NCBI GenBank assembly: GCA_945860865.1
Contig: CAMARW010000003.1
Span: 59,177-123,176 of the forward strand
DNA length: 64,000 bases
Source of the DNA: Chitinophaga pinensis
Lineage (GTDB): Bacteria; Bacteroidota; Bacteroidia; UKL13-3
Direction: 5' to 3'
Numbering within the stretch: the stretch's first letter is position 1; each line of letters starts with the position of its first letter. Of the stretch, positions 9,715 through 20,059 are shown in pieces. The notes beneath the pieces are model-generated. The model was given only the letters and a program-made list of their open reading frames with translations. It did no database searches and was not told where the DNA came from. A program made the translations under genes and the position numbers.

Positions 9715-11613
9715 TTAGGGCATAATTTTTATTTCTGTTCGTCGGTTTTGAGCTCTGCCATCTAATGTCTTGTTATCTGCAATAGCCTGCGCATCAGCGT
9801 ATCCTTTGGTAGTTAACCTGTTTGTATCAATACCTGCTGTAACCAAATAAGTTTTTACAGCCAGGGCTCTTTTGGCAGATAAGCTAGTATTTTTAATTTG
9901 GTCGCCAGTATTGTCTGTATGGCCACCTACTTCAATTTTTATTTTTGGGTTTGCCGTTAAAAACTGAACTAATTTATTTAACTCAGCTTTAGATTCTGGT
10001 TTTAAATCAAATTTATCTGAATCGAAGAAGATATTTTTTAGCACCACTTTAGCACCCGCCGTAATAGGTTGAAGAGGAACAGATAGTACAAGTGGTTCTG
10101 TGGCACTTTGGTTTTCCAACGCAAAGTTTTCTGAATAAAACAAATACCCCGCTTGGGCTACATTTAATGCATAATTTTTGTTTCCCTGCAAACAAACTAA
10201 GAATTCGCCAGTTGTTTTATTTGCGTATGATTCTACCACTAATCTCTCTGTGGCTATGTCTATTAACTCTACCTTGGCACTTAATTTCTTTTTGGTTACT
10301 GCATCAAAAACAACTCCTTTGGCATAACCCGTTTTTTTAGGTCTAGCTTCTTCATATAATTCAAAACTATAAATATCTAATCCCCCTTTAGAGTCTGCGC
10401 CGTCTCTGGCCATAAAAGCATCTTTTCCATTAGATGAAATTACTATACAAGTTTCATCTTTTTCACTATTAATGGGAAAACCTAAATTTACTGGTTTTTG
10501 CCATCTGCCTTCGGCATCTCTGCGGGCATAAAACAAATCTATGCCTCCCATTCCGGGATGGCCTTCACTGTTAAAATAAAGTGTTTGGTCGTCTTTGGCA
10601 ATAAATGGAGATTGCTCATCTTTGGGTGTGTTTATTTCTGGTCCGGCATTAACAGGCGGCGTCCATCTGCCATTTTTAAAAGTGGTATACCAAATATCAC
10701 TTTCTCCATATCCTCCTGGTCTATTGCTACTAAAATAGAGCACTTTACCGTCAAAACTTAGGCTCGGCTGACTTTCCCACGAGGCTGTATTTACCGGTGC
10801 GCCTAAATTTATTGGTTCAGACCAACTGCTACCATCTAATTTACTTAAAAACAAATCGCAGCTACCTTTGGCGCCGGGGCGGTTGCAGGCTGTATAGAAA
10901 ATATATTGTCCATCTGCCGAAAGCGAAACAGTACCCTCATTGCGCTCAGTATTTATGGGGTAACCCATGTTTTGCGCTAAAGAGTACTTTCCATCTATCT
11001 TAATACTTTTATAAAATTCTTCATCTCTACCGTTTACTAGTCGGGTAAAAATAAGCACTTGCTCATCTGCTGTAATTCCAGGAAAATATTCATTATCCAT
11101 AGAATTTACCATATTCCCAAGATTTACAGGGTTAAATGAAAATGGTTTTAAAATGGCACTTCGGGCATAGTCTGCATTTTCTTTAACGGTTTTTATTTGA
11201 TCAAGTTTTTGGTAGTAATCTGGAAACGACATAAACTTAGAGGCGTCGTTAAATGCTTCTTCATATTTTCTTTGCATAAAATAGCATCTACTTCTGCCAA
11301 AATAACTCATTGGAAAATCTGGGTTGATCCCAATAATTTTATTATATAATAGGATGGCATCGTCATATTTGTCATTATCTTTTTTCATTTCTGCCATCAT
11401 CATATAGGCATCAATAAAATTGGGATCAAGCGTTGTGGCCTTGCTCAATGAATTTTGTGTACGATCATAATCTTGCATCTGAAAAGTTTTGAGCGCTTCT
11501 CCAAAATGATATTCTGCCTTTTTATTTTTTGTACCGCTAAAAGGCAATTCTTGCCCAAAAGCAAGGCCCAATGAAAGTACTAATGTGAGTGATAGGATGA
11601 CTTTTTGTAACAT
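9715..11613 (-). CDS. OmpA-family outer-membrane protein with N-terminal TPR repeats and WD40-like (PD40/TolB-type) beta-propeller repeats
   Basis: Start moved to the internal Met at 11613 (MLQKVILSLTLVLSLGLAFGQ, a signal peptide); the track start at 11664 would overlap the upstream gene. The C-terminus has an OmpA-like domain (GHTDNTGDQIKNTSLSAKRA...RRTEIKI). The middle has repeated PD40-like segments (YFSSNRPGGYGESDIW, LYFNSEGHPGMGGIDLF). Confidence 0.8.
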   Translation of the reverse strand: MLQKVILSLTLVLSLGLAFGQELPFSGTKNKKAEYHFGEALKTFQMQDYDRTQNSLSKATTLDPNFIDAYMMMAEMKKDNDKYDDAILLYNKIIGINPDFPMSYFGRSRCYFMQRKYEEAFNDASKFMSFPDYYQKLDQIKTVKENADYARSAILKPFSFNPVNLGNMVNSMDNEYFPGITADEQVLIFTRLVNGRDEEFYKSIKIDGKYSLAQNMGYPINTERNEGTVSLSADGQYIFYTACNRPGAKGSCDLFLSKLDGSSWSEPINLGAPVNTASWESQPSLSFDGKVLYFSSNRPGGYGESDIWYTTFKNGRWTPPVNAGPEINTPKDEQSPFIAKDDQTLYFNSEGHPGMGGIDLFYARRDAEGRWQKPVNLGFPINSEKDETCIVISSNGKDAFMARDGADSKGGLDIYSFELYEEARPKKTGYAKGVVFDAVTKKKLSAKVELIDIATERLVVESYANKTTGEFLVCLQGNKNYALNVAQAGYLFYSENFALENQSATEPLVLSVPLQPITAGAKVVLKNIFFDSDKFDLKPESKAELNKLVQFLTANPKIKIEVGGHTDNTGDQIKNTSLSAKRALAVKTYLVTAGIDTNRLTTKGYADAQAIADNKTLDGRAQNRRTEIKIMP

Positions 11614-11627
11614 GAATGATATAAAAA

Positions 11628-12122
11628 TTAAATAATCGGAGTTCCTTTTGGAGTTTGGTGCCACAGTAATTTACCTGCTCTGTTCTGAACCAATTTCCAA
11701 GTTAATGTGGGCAATTCAACAACAACGATGCCAGAAGTGGGTATATGTTCTAAAAAAGTGGGGGTAAGGTACCCAATTATCCCCGTAATGCTTGGGTTAT
11801 GGCCTACCAACATTATTTGATGATACTGGTCGTCTAACTCTCTTATCACATGCAATAAGTCTGAGATATCAGCTTCATAAATTTGCGTATCTAGTTCAAT
11901 GTTTTTTATTTTCAGGGTTTTAGCAACGATGTTGGCTGTTTGTTTGGTTCTGTGAGCTGGGCTGGCTATGATTTGTTCTGGTTTAAACTTTTCATGGCTT
12001 AACATTTGGGCTACTTGGTATGCATCTTTTTCACCACGCTCTTCTAAATTTCTTTCAAAATCTGATCCTTTTGCATTCCATTTTTCGGCTTTTGCATGCC
12101 GCATGAGTATAAGTTTTTTCAA
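11628..12122 (-). CDS. sixA: histidine phosphatase family protein (SixA-like phosphohistidine phosphatase)
   Basis: 164 aa. N-terminal LILMRHAKA (RHG-type catalytic motif) and LVGHNP near the C-terminus. Confidence 0.75.
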   Translation of the reverse strand: MKKLILMRHAKAEKWNAKGSDFERNLEERGEKDAYQVAQMLSHEKFKPEQIIASPAHRTKQTANIVAKTLKIKNIELDTQIYEADISDLLHVIRELDDQYHQIMLVGHNPSITGIIGYLTPTFLEHIPTSGIVVVELPTLTWKLVQNRAGKLLWHQTPKGTPII

Positions 12123-12186
12123 TGTATAATTTTTTTAAAATTAACTTTTATTGCACAAATTACAAGCCTGAAACTTGAAATTTAAT

Positions 12187-13200
12187 TTACCTAGCAAACG
12201 GAGCTGTATTTAAGGTTTCAAAATCACCTTTCAAAAATTTGAGATAAGCAGCCATTGCAATCATAGCGGCATTATCTGTGCAGTATTCAAAAGCGGGAAT
12301 GTAGGTGTTCCAACCTCTTTTTTTGCCTTCATTTTCTAAGGCAAAGCGTAGGCCAGTATTTGCAGATACACCTCCTGCCAAACTTATTTCTTTAATGCCT
12401 GTTTGGATAGACGCTGCAATTAATTTTTTCATCAAATGCTTTATAAATGTATGTTGAATAGAGGCACATAAATTGTTTAACTCTTCGTTTATAAATTGCG
12501 GATTTTCTTTCATTTCTTTCTGTAAAAAATACAAAATTGAAGTCTTTAAACCGCTAAAGCTGTAGTCTAAATTGGGGATATTTGGTTGTGGAAAAGAGTA
12601 TGATTCTGGGTTGCCTAATTTTGCAAATTTGTCAATTAATGGTCCTCCTGGATAAGGAAGTTGCAATAGTTTTGCTGCCTTGTCAAACGCTTCCCCAGCT
12701 GCGTCATCAATGGTTTTTCCAATTATTTCTGAGGTGAAATAATCTGTCATCTTTACAATTTGTGTATGTCCGCCACTCACCGTTAAGCACAAAAATGGAA
12801 AACTTGGTTTAGGATTTTCTATAAAATGGGCCAAAACATGCGCTTCCATATGGTTAATCCCAATTAAAGGAATTTGCAATGATTGCGCTAAGGATTTCGC
12901 AAAAGAGCAACCCACCATTAATGATCCCATTAACCCTGGACCTTTAGTGAAGGCAATAGCACTTAACTGCTGTAGGTTAACACCTGCATTGTTAAGAGCA
13001 ATATCAACCACAGGTACAATATTTTGCTGGTGAGCGCGCCCAGCCAACTCGGGCACCACACCGCCATATTGCTCATGAATTCCTTGCGTAGCAACTTTAT
13101 TGGAGAGTATTATTCCGTTTCTAATAAGTGACGCGGCTGTATCATCACACGACGATTCGATAGCGAGAATTAGAATATCTTTTTGCAAATTTGCCGTCAC
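12187..13200 (-). CDS. tsaD: tRNA N6-adenosine threonylcarbamoyltransferase (Kae1/TsaD)
   Basis: 337 aa. ILAIESSCDDTAASL N-terminus, the metal-binding INHMEAH motif, and the SGGV motif. Confidence 0.92.
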   Translation of the reverse strand: MTANLQKDILILAIESSCDDTAASLIRNGIILSNKVATQGIHEQYGGVVPELAGRAHQQNIVPVVDIALNNAGVNLQQLSAIAFTKGPGLMGSLMVGCSFAKSLAQSLQIPLIGINHMEAHVLAHFIENPKPSFPFLCLTVSGGHTQIVKMTDYFTSEIIGKTIDDAAGEAFDKAAKLLQLPYPGGPLIDKFAKLGNPESYSFPQPNIPNLDYSFSGLKTSILYFLQKEMKENPQFINEELNNLCASIQHTFIKHLMKKLIAASIQTGIKEISLAGGVSANTGLRFALENEGKKRGWNTYIPAFEYCTDNAAMIAMAAYLKFLKGDFETLNTAPFAR

Positions 13201-13234
13201 AATTATAATTGTTTATCTTTTCCGCAAAACTACG

Positions 13235-16200
13235 TTGCTAAAGAAGTTTATCAAAATATCTTATATTTTATTTGTGGGCCTCCTGGGTTTACTAATGCTT
13301 CTGTACCTTCTGCTGAACACTAATAGGGTTCAAAATTATGCAGCCAAAAGCCTCACAACGTGGCTAAATAGTAGTTTTAATACGCAAATTAGTATAGGTG
13401 AAATTAGGTATGATGGTTGGACTTATTTTAGCTTAAGAAATGTTAATTTTGGCGACCAAAAGGGTGATACTACCTTTTATGCTGGCCGCATTCAATTTAA
13501 TTTGATGGGTTTAGATATTGATTCAAGCCATTTTATTCTAAATGATTTGGTATTAGATGAAGGTCTTTGTAAAATAACCACCTACAAAGACGGCACCTAT
13601 AGTTTTGATGTTATTAATCTGTTTTCAGACCCCAATGATACCATTGTTAATCCCAATCCAATTCCTTTTGTGTTAGAGTTTAGAAATTTAGAGTGCATGG
13701 ATACAAGGTTTATGTACATAGATTCTACAGAAAAGTTCTCTGGTGAGGGCTTTGATCAAAACAGAATAGATTTTCACCAAATTAACTTTAGATCTAAACG
13801 CTTTCAAATTATAGACGATTCTTTGGCATTTGACTTACGAAATATGAATTGTAAAGAGCGCTCTGGATTTGAAATTACCCGATTAAACGCATTTGCAATT
13901 ATTGCTCCTAGCAAAATTGAATTAAATAAAATGGATCTGGTAACGCCCTATAGCCATATTAAAAACTACCTTAGTTTAAATACAAAAAGTTATGCCGATT
14001 ATGGCAAATTTATAGATAAAGTTTCTCTTTCTATCCGTTTAAACCAATCTGAAGTAGACATGAAAGACATTGTCTATTTTGTTCCTTCCTTTAAAAACTA
14101 TCGCTATAAAGCGCAGGTAAGTGGGGAAGGTAAAGGACCGATAAGTAATTTGAAAATTAAAAATGTTGTAGCCAACATGGGCAATAACACCAAGTTTGTG
14201 GGAGATATTGGTTTTAGGGGATTGCCTAATATAGGTGAAACATTCATGGATTTTAAAGTTGAGTATGCCTCCACCGTTTCACAAGAGCTTGGGCAAATAA
14301 TTGACATGCAATTACCCGCAGAAATGGCCAAGCTAGGAAAAATGGTTTACAAAGGAAATTTTACAGGATTTTATGAAGATTTTGTAACTTACGGTGTGGT
14401 AGAAACCCCTTTTGGTTCGGCTCAAACCGATTTAAATATGAAGTTAAATAAGGTAACCCAATTAAGTGAATACTCGGGTAATTTAAAATTAAATTACTTT
14501 CAATTGGGCGATTACCTTAAAAACAAACAATTGGGTGTGATAGATTTAGAGGCAAAAGTAAAAGGAAAAGGATTTAATTTAGATGTTATAGAAACCCAAT
14601 TTGAGACTCAAATTAATGCGTTAAATTATAATGGGTATACTTACCATGATGTTGATTTTAAAGGGTCGGTAATTAAAAAAGATTTGGTGTCTAATGTTAC
14701 TGTTAATGATACTAACTTGCAATTAAATGCAGCTGTTGAGGTAGATTTAGCAAACGTTTTTAAACACATAATATTAGATGGAAACCTTGATTATGCAAAT
14801 CTTAAAAAACTTGGTTTTAGTAAAAATGATATCTTGTTGAGTAGTCATTTTAATGCCAATTATTTCTTCAAAGATTTAAACGAACATAAAGGAACCGTTA
14901 ACATAGACGATTTTCAATATGATAAAAATGGATACACCTACAGAATAAACCAAGTTGGCCTAGAGACAGATAATGAAGGTGGGGTAGAAACCATTTTGGT
15001 TAACAGTGATTTTATGAAAGCCAAAATATGGGGCGAATTTGATTTTACCCACTTAATTGATCAGCTTAAATATTGGACATTAAACTTAGGTCAATCTTAT
15101 TTTCAGGTGCAAAAGCCAAAACAAGATTTTCAATTATTTGAATTTGATGTGCACATATTAAGCACTGCCAATATTTCTCCATTGTTGTTTCCAGGTATAA
15201 ATTTAAGCAATATTGATTTAGAAGGGAAAGTTAGCAGCAGAGAGAGTAAGTATGAGGTTTTAGGTTATGTTGGTATGCTTAATTTTCATGGGTGGCTCTT
15301 AAATCAAACTACTTTTAAAATAACAGAAGAGGAAACAATAAAAGGAAGCCTTTTATTGGGATTTAAAAGTTTTGGTAAACAAGACACCATGCTCATTGGC
15401 GATTTTGCCTTAAAGGCAGAGGCAAAGCCCAATCAATTAGATTTGCAATACCAAGTGCAGGATAGCCTAAGCTTTATTTCGGGTAAGGTAGCGCACAAAA
15501 TTATGTTTAACCATAGCGGCTTATGGTTAGATTTTGCGCCTTCTTGGCTTAAATCTGGAAGTGCTAAATGGGATATTTTACCCGGCAAAACGGTTTTCTT
15601 AAATCCAAATAAACTTGATTTTGATAGCCTTTCTCTTAAAAATGATAAACAGCTCATTCAAGTGGATGGTTTTTTTGATTTTGCTGGTAATGAAAAAAAT
15701 ATAAGCGCTAAAATTACACAGTTAAATTTAAATACTATTAATCAATTTGATAGAAATTTTGGTGTAAACTTTGACGGTACGGCTGATGGTTATATGGTTT
15801 ACAAAAATATGGGTAAACGAGATGTAATAATTGGAAATTTAAACGCCAAAGATTTGTGCTTGGATAAGGATACTTTGGGCGATTTTTTATTGAATATTGG
15901 TTACAGGGAATATCAGGAAGATTTGCTAATAGACTTTGTTTCAAACAAAGGAAAGCTTAAGAACTTAAAGGGTGTTGGCGCATATGATATTGCTAAAAGA
16001 TACCTTGATTTTAATATAGACTTTGCAGATTCTAAGATAACAGCTTTCCAGGCATTTGTGAAAGATTATGTTAAACTTTATGAGGGTAATGCCCGTTTAA
16101 ACGCTAAAATATCGGGTCCAATTAATAAACTAAGATTAGATGGACAGTTAATTTTAGATGGCATATCAATGAAGGTAGATTACTTACAAACCAATTATAA

Positions 16201-17590
16201 AATTGATAGAGCTAGGATAAACCTTAACGATAATTTGGTTCAGCTTGTGCCTTTTAAAATACAAGATGCTTTGGGTAAAACTGCCGATGTAAGTGGGCAA
16301 ATATTGCATAATAATTTCTCCGATTTAAAATACAATATCAATGTAGAAAATTTAAAATCGTTTCAGGTGCTGCAAACCAATCAAAAAGATAACGAGTTGT
16401 TTTATGGAAGCGGATTTGTTAGCGGTAAGTTTAGCATGAAAGGAACCAGCAAAGACTTGTCTATGTACATTGATGCCAGAAGCGAAAAAGGTACTAAAAT
16501 AATGATTAATCCTTTTGGGGTAAGTAACGAAACGGGCGAAGATTACATCAACTTTGTTTCCCGGGATACAGTTGCAACTTACAGCAGCAAAGGCAGGGGA
16601 GTGGCTTTTGGTATTGGTGTTTTTATGAAATTAGATGTGAATCCAAGTGCAGAAGTTCAACTTGTTTTTGATGCTAAATCAGACGACAGAATTAAAGCAA
16701 TAGGTTCAGGCAAATTAGCTTTAGATTACCTGCCAAATGGTAACTTTACTATGGATGGAACCTATATATTACAAGAAGGTGAATACCGGTTTAGTGCTTT
16801 AAATGTGGTGGCTAAAAAGTTTGATTTAAAATCGGGTAGTCAGATTAAATGGAGCGGCGACCCACTAAAGGGAAGATTGGATATTCAGGGGATTTACCGA
16901 CTCAAAACCAGCGTGAGTGAAATTGTAAATATGAGCAAAGCGCCCGATCCAAACGTGCGTCTTCCGGTTGAATGTATTATTAATATAAAGGGTTTGGTGG
17001 AAAAGCCAGAATTTGTTTTTGATTTGAGTTTTCCTGATTTACAGAATAATTTAACGGGTACTGCAGCATCAGAATTAAATGCGGTAGTTTCTAATTTTAG
17101 AAGAGAGCCAGAGATGATGAACCAACAAATGTTATTTCTATTAATTTCAGGCAGTTTTGTGCCTATAACCAACAATAATAATAGTTTAAGTAATACCGTT
17201 GGATCGCAAACAGTATCCGATTTGTTAAGTAAACAAGCTGCCGGTTTGTTGGGCAAAGCAGTGCCTAATATTGATTTAAGCGTTAACTTGCTAAATGCCT
17301 CAGACCCCACCAGAAGTAGAACCGTTTTGCTTTCTGCCTCTAAAAAGTTTTTAGATAATAGGCTGGAAGTGCAAACTAGTTATGCCATGGATCAAACCCA
17401 AACCAATTTTTCTGCTAATTATAGCATCAAGAAAAATGGAAATACTAAAGTGAACTTTTTTAATAAAAGTGGTTTTGATGCCTTATATAATCGAAATGTA
17501 ACAACCTCGGGTTCGGGTTTGTTCTATAGAAAAGAATTTAATAGCTTCCCCGAATTATTTAAAAAACAAACTCCAACAACAAGCGAATAA
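13235..17590 (+). CDS. TamB/AsmA-like translocation and assembly module protein (giant beta-rich envelope protein with N-terminal signal anchor)
   Basis: The track ORF begins at 13100 but its first about 135 nt are antisense to tsaD. An in-frame TTG at 13235 (MLKKFIKISYILFVGLLGLLMLLYLLL) or an ATG at 13295 gives an N-terminal transmembrane anchor. It is about 1450 aa, Asn/Lys-rich and beta-rich with a repetitive internal structure and a C-terminal DUF490-like region. It lies divergently from tsaD, as is usual for TamB in Bacteroidota. Confidence 0.7.
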   Translation: MLKKFIKISYILFVGLLGLLMLLYLLLNTNRVQNYAAKSLTTWLNSSFNTQISIGEIRYDGWTYFSLRNVNFGDQKGDTTFYAGRIQFNLMGLDIDSSHFILNDLVLDEGLCKITTYKDGTYSFDVINLFSDPNDTIVNPNPIPFVLEFRNLECMDTRFMYIDSTEKFSGEGFDQNRIDFHQINFRSKRFQIIDDSLAFDLRNMNCKERSGFEITRLNAFAIIAPSKIELNKMDLVTPYSHIKNYLSLNTKSYADYGKFIDKVSLSIRLNQSEVDMKDIVYFVPSFKNYRYKAQVSGEGKGPISNLKIKNVVANMGNNTKFVGDIGFRGLPNIGETFMDFKVEYASTVSQELGQIIDMQLPAEMAKLGKMVYKGNFTGFYEDFVTYGVVETPFGSAQTDLNMKLNKVTQLSEYSGNLKLNYFQLGDYLKNKQLGVIDLEAKVKGKGFNLDVIETQFETQINALNYNGYTYHDVDFKGSVIKKDLVSNVTVNDTNLQLNAAVEVDLANVFKHIILDGNLDYANLKKLGFSKNDILLSSHFNANYFFKDLNEHKGTVNIDDFQYDKNGYTYRINQVGLETDNEGGVETILVNSDFMKAKIWGEFDFTHLIDQLKYWTLNLGQSYFQVQKPKQDFQLFEFDVHILSTANISPLLFPGINLSNIDLEGKVSSRESKYEVLGYVGMLNFHGWLLNQTTFKITEEETIKGSLLLGFKSFGKQDTMLIGDFALKAEAKPNQLDLQYQVQDSLSFISGKVAHKIMFNHSGLWLDFAPSWLKSGSAKWDILPGKTVFLNPNKLDFDSLSLKNDKQLIQVDGFFDFAGNEKNISAKITQLNLNTINQFDRNFGVNFDGTADGYMVYKNMGKRDVIIGNLNAKDLCLDKDTLGDFLLNIGYREYQEDLLIDFVSNKGKLKNLKGVGAYDIAKRYLDFNIDFADSKITAFQAFVKDYVKLYEGNARLNAKISGPINKLRLDGQLILDGISMKVDYLQTNYKIDRARINLNDNLVQLVPFKIQDALGKTADVSGQILHNNFSDLKYNINVENLKSFQVLQTNQKDNELFYGSGFVSGKFSMKGTSKDLSMYIDARSEKGTKIMINPFGVSNETGEDYINFVSRDTVATYSSKGRGVAFGIGVFMKLDVNPSAEVQLVFDAKSDDRIKAIGSGKLALDYLPNGNFTMDGTYILQEGEYRFSALNVVAKKFDLKSGSQIKWSGDPLKGRLDIQGIYRLKTSVSEIVNMSKAPDPNVRLPVECIINIKGLVEKPEFVFDLSFPDLQNNLTGTAASELNAVVSNFRREPEMMNQQMLFLLISGSFVPITNNNNSLSNTVGSQTVSDLLSKQAAGLLGKAVPNIDLSVNLLNASDPTRSRTVLLSASKKFLDNRLEVQTSYAMDQTQTNFSANYSIKKNGNTKVNFFNKSGFDALYNRNVTTSGSGLFYRKEFNSFPELFKKQTPTTSE

Positions 17591-17600
17591 TTTTCACATT

Positions 17601-18539
17601 ATGATACCTTCAATAGATTTAAATGATTTTTTAAGTGGTGATCCAATTAAAAAAAACAACTTCGTGCAAGCTTTGGGTCAGGCCTACCAAGAAATAGGTT
17701 TTGTAGCACTCAAAGGTCATTTACTAGAGGCATCTGTAAGCGAAAAATTATATGCAGAATGTCAGGCTTTTTTTGCCTTGCCCGAACCTACTAAGAAGAA
17801 TTATGAAGTGCCTGGATTAGCTGGTCAGCGCGGCTATACAAGTTTTGGTAAAGAACACGCAAAGGGTAGAAACGAAGGCGATTTAAAAGAGTTTTGGCAT
17901 TTTGGCCAAGCCATAGAACACGGCGAAGAATTAGCCGAAGAGTATCCAGAAAATGTAAGTGTGGCAGAGCTTCCAGAATTTAATAAAAATGGCTTGTTGG
18001 CTTATCAACAATTAGAAGAAACAGGAAAATATATGTTGCGTGCCATTGCTTTGTTTTTGCATTTAGATGAGTTTTATTTCGACGAAAAAATTTACAAGGG
18101 CAATAGTATTTTGCGCCCCATTCATTATCCTCCAATTACGGCTGAACCTAAATCTGCGGTGCGCGCTGCCGAGCATGAAGACATTAATTTAATAACCCTA
18201 TTAATGGGCGCAAGTGCCGATGGATTGCAAGTTTTAAACAAGCAAAATGAATGGGTTTCTATCACTGCTTTGCCCGAACAATTGGTAGTTAATGTAGGCG
18301 ATATGTTGCAGCGTTTAACCAATAATGTGCTAAAAAGCACCACACATAGAGTGGTTAATCCGCCAAGAGATAAATGGGGTAGCAGCAGGTTTTCTATTCC
18401 TTTCTTTTTGCACCCTAGAAGTGAAATGCGTTTAGATGCCTTGCCGCAATGTATTAGTGAAGCCAATCCAGTTAAAGAAGAACCTATTTCGGCAGGTGAG
18501 TATTTAACCCAAAGATTAAAAGAAATTGGGCTTAAATAA
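17601..18539 (+). CDS. 2-oxoglutarate/Fe(II)-dependent oxygenase, isopenicillin-N-synthase family
   Basis: 312 aa. HxD...H iron triad candidates (AEHEDINLITLL...THRVVNP) and RFSIPFF (2OG-binding RxS). Confidence 0.8.
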   Translation: MIPSIDLNDFLSGDPIKKNNFVQALGQAYQEIGFVALKGHLLEASVSEKLYAECQAFFALPEPTKKNYEVPGLAGQRGYTSFGKEHAKGRNEGDLKEFWHFGQAIEHGEELAEEYPENVSVAELPEFNKNGLLAYQQLEETGKYMLRAIALFLHLDEFYFDEKIYKGNSILRPIHYPPITAEPKSAVRAAEHEDINLITLLMGASADGLQVLNKQNEWVSITALPEQLVVNVGDMLQRLTNNVLKSTTHRVVNPPRDKWGSSRFSIPFFLHPRSEMRLDALPQCISEANPVKEEPISAGEYLTQRLKEIGLK

Positions 18540-18548
18540 GATTTTAGC

Positions 18549-19994
18549 TTGAACCGATTTATTAATTTTATACACGTTTTTTTCTTCTTTGTTTTCGGAT
18601 TAGTTTCTGTTCTTAATCACTATTATTTTAGGTCTGCGGGATTGGATTATGGTATTGCCAATCAAGCTTTATACCAATATGCGCATTTAAAAGAAGCCAA
18701 TATAACCCAACTTTTGCCAGGTATTACAATGCCTTATTTTGCCTTACATGTTAGCTTGTGGGCGCTTTTGGTGAGTCCGTTTTATTATGTATTTGGTTCA
18801 TATACCTTGCTTATTTTCCAAAATTTAGCGCTCGTTTTTGCTGGGGTTGGAATAGTAAAATTAGCTAAAGATGCAGGCATTAAAGACAGTTTTATGCCTT
18901 GGATTTTGGTGCAATTTTATGCAGGCTTTTCTCTATACGCGGCATTGGCATTTGATTACCATGACAATGTTATAGGTGCTTGTTTTATTCCTTGGGTTTG
19001 GTATTATTTTTTAAAAAATAAACAAGCACTGGCGCTGCTATGCTTTGTAGCCATATTAATTTCTAAAGAGAATTTAGCCATTTTTGCTGCGTTTTTTTCT
19101 TTGGCTATGTGGGTTTATGCCTATAGGCTGAACCAAAACTTAAAGCCCTTTGCTGCCTTTCTTTTTCTCCTTTCGGTAGGGTGGTTTTTGCTTGTTTCAT
19201 TGGTAATAATGCCAAGTTTAAATCCCCTTCAAAAGTTTGAACAATTGAATAGGTATTCTTACATGGGAGGCAGTTTAACCGAAATTGTTGGGTATATCAT
19301 TCGCCATCCGCTGCGCATGGTTGAGCTGTTATATAAAAGTCAGATACAGCCCGATCCACTCGAGGTGGTAAAGCAAGAGTTTCTGTTTGTAACCCTATTA
19401 TCTGGCGGAATTTTTCTATTGTTTAAGCCACAATTTTTGTGGTTAGCCTTGCCCATTTTTATGCAAAAATTATGGAATAAAGAACTCGCATTTTGGGGTA
19501 TTTCGTATCATTACCAAATAGAGTTGGCTCCTCTTATTAGCCTGGCCATAATTGCCTTTGTAAGCAGAATAAAATCTGCAAAAATGCAAGGTCTATTGTT
19601 GGCGGTAACTTGCCTGTTAACTGCCTTTACCACCTATTTATTTATGTATGAACGCAAAGCCGATTTTCAACCCATACGCGAGAATTTGTTTCTAGCAGAG
19701 CGCTACCAAGCACCATTTAACATAAGCAAAGTAAAAGCTAAAATAAACGAAATACCAAGTAATGAAGTTGTTTGCGCCCAGAGCAATATTATGCCGCATG
19801 TGGCCAATAGAGATAGTCTGTACCATTTTCCATTTATAAAAGATGCCAGCATTATTTTGGTATTTCAACCCCAATTAAATGCCTATCCACTTTCCCCAGA
19901 AAAAGCCATTCACCTATTAGATTCCATCAGAACATGTGGGTTTTGGCAGGAAGATAGTTCGGGTTTTCCTTTAAGAGTATTTGTTAGAAAGTAG
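18549..19994 (+). CDS. polytopic membrane protein, DUF2079-like
   Basis: 481 aa with more than 10 transmembrane helices. The N-terminal GLDYGIANQALYQY motif resembles DUF2079, a family of predicted membrane glycosyltransferase-like proteins. Confidence 0.55.
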   Translation: MNRFINFIHVFFFFVFGLVSVLNHYYFRSAGLDYGIANQALYQYAHLKEANITQLLPGITMPYFALHVSLWALLVSPFYYVFGSYTLLIFQNLALVFAGVGIVKLAKDAGIKDSFMPWILVQFYAGFSLYAALAFDYHDNVIGACFIPWVWYYFLKNKQALALLCFVAILISKENLAIFAAFFSLAMWVYAYRLNQNLKPFAAFLFLLSVGWFLLVSLVIMPSLNPLQKFEQLNRYSYMGGSLTEIVGYIIRHPLRMVELLYKSQIQPDPLEVVKQEFLFVTLLSGGIFLLFKPQFLWLALPIFMQKLWNKELAFWGISYHYQIELAPLISLAIIAFVSRIKSAKMQGLLLAVTCLLTAFTTYLFMYERKADFQPIRENLFLAERYQAPFNISKVKAKINEIPSNEVVCAQSNIMPHVANRDSLYHFPFIKDASIILVFQPQLNAYPLSPEKAIHLLDSIRTCGFWQEDSSGFPLRVFVRK

Positions 19995-20059
19995 AATTTT
20001 TGAAATAAATTTGAACTTCGCCTTAATAGATTAATCCCCAAAAATCGTACTCAGAAATC

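Noticed and set aside
13100-13234. N-terminal 45 codons of the longest TamB-like ORF
   Set aside because: They are antisense to the strongly supported tsaD coding sequence and encode no signal peptide. The downstream TTG or ATG start is preferred.
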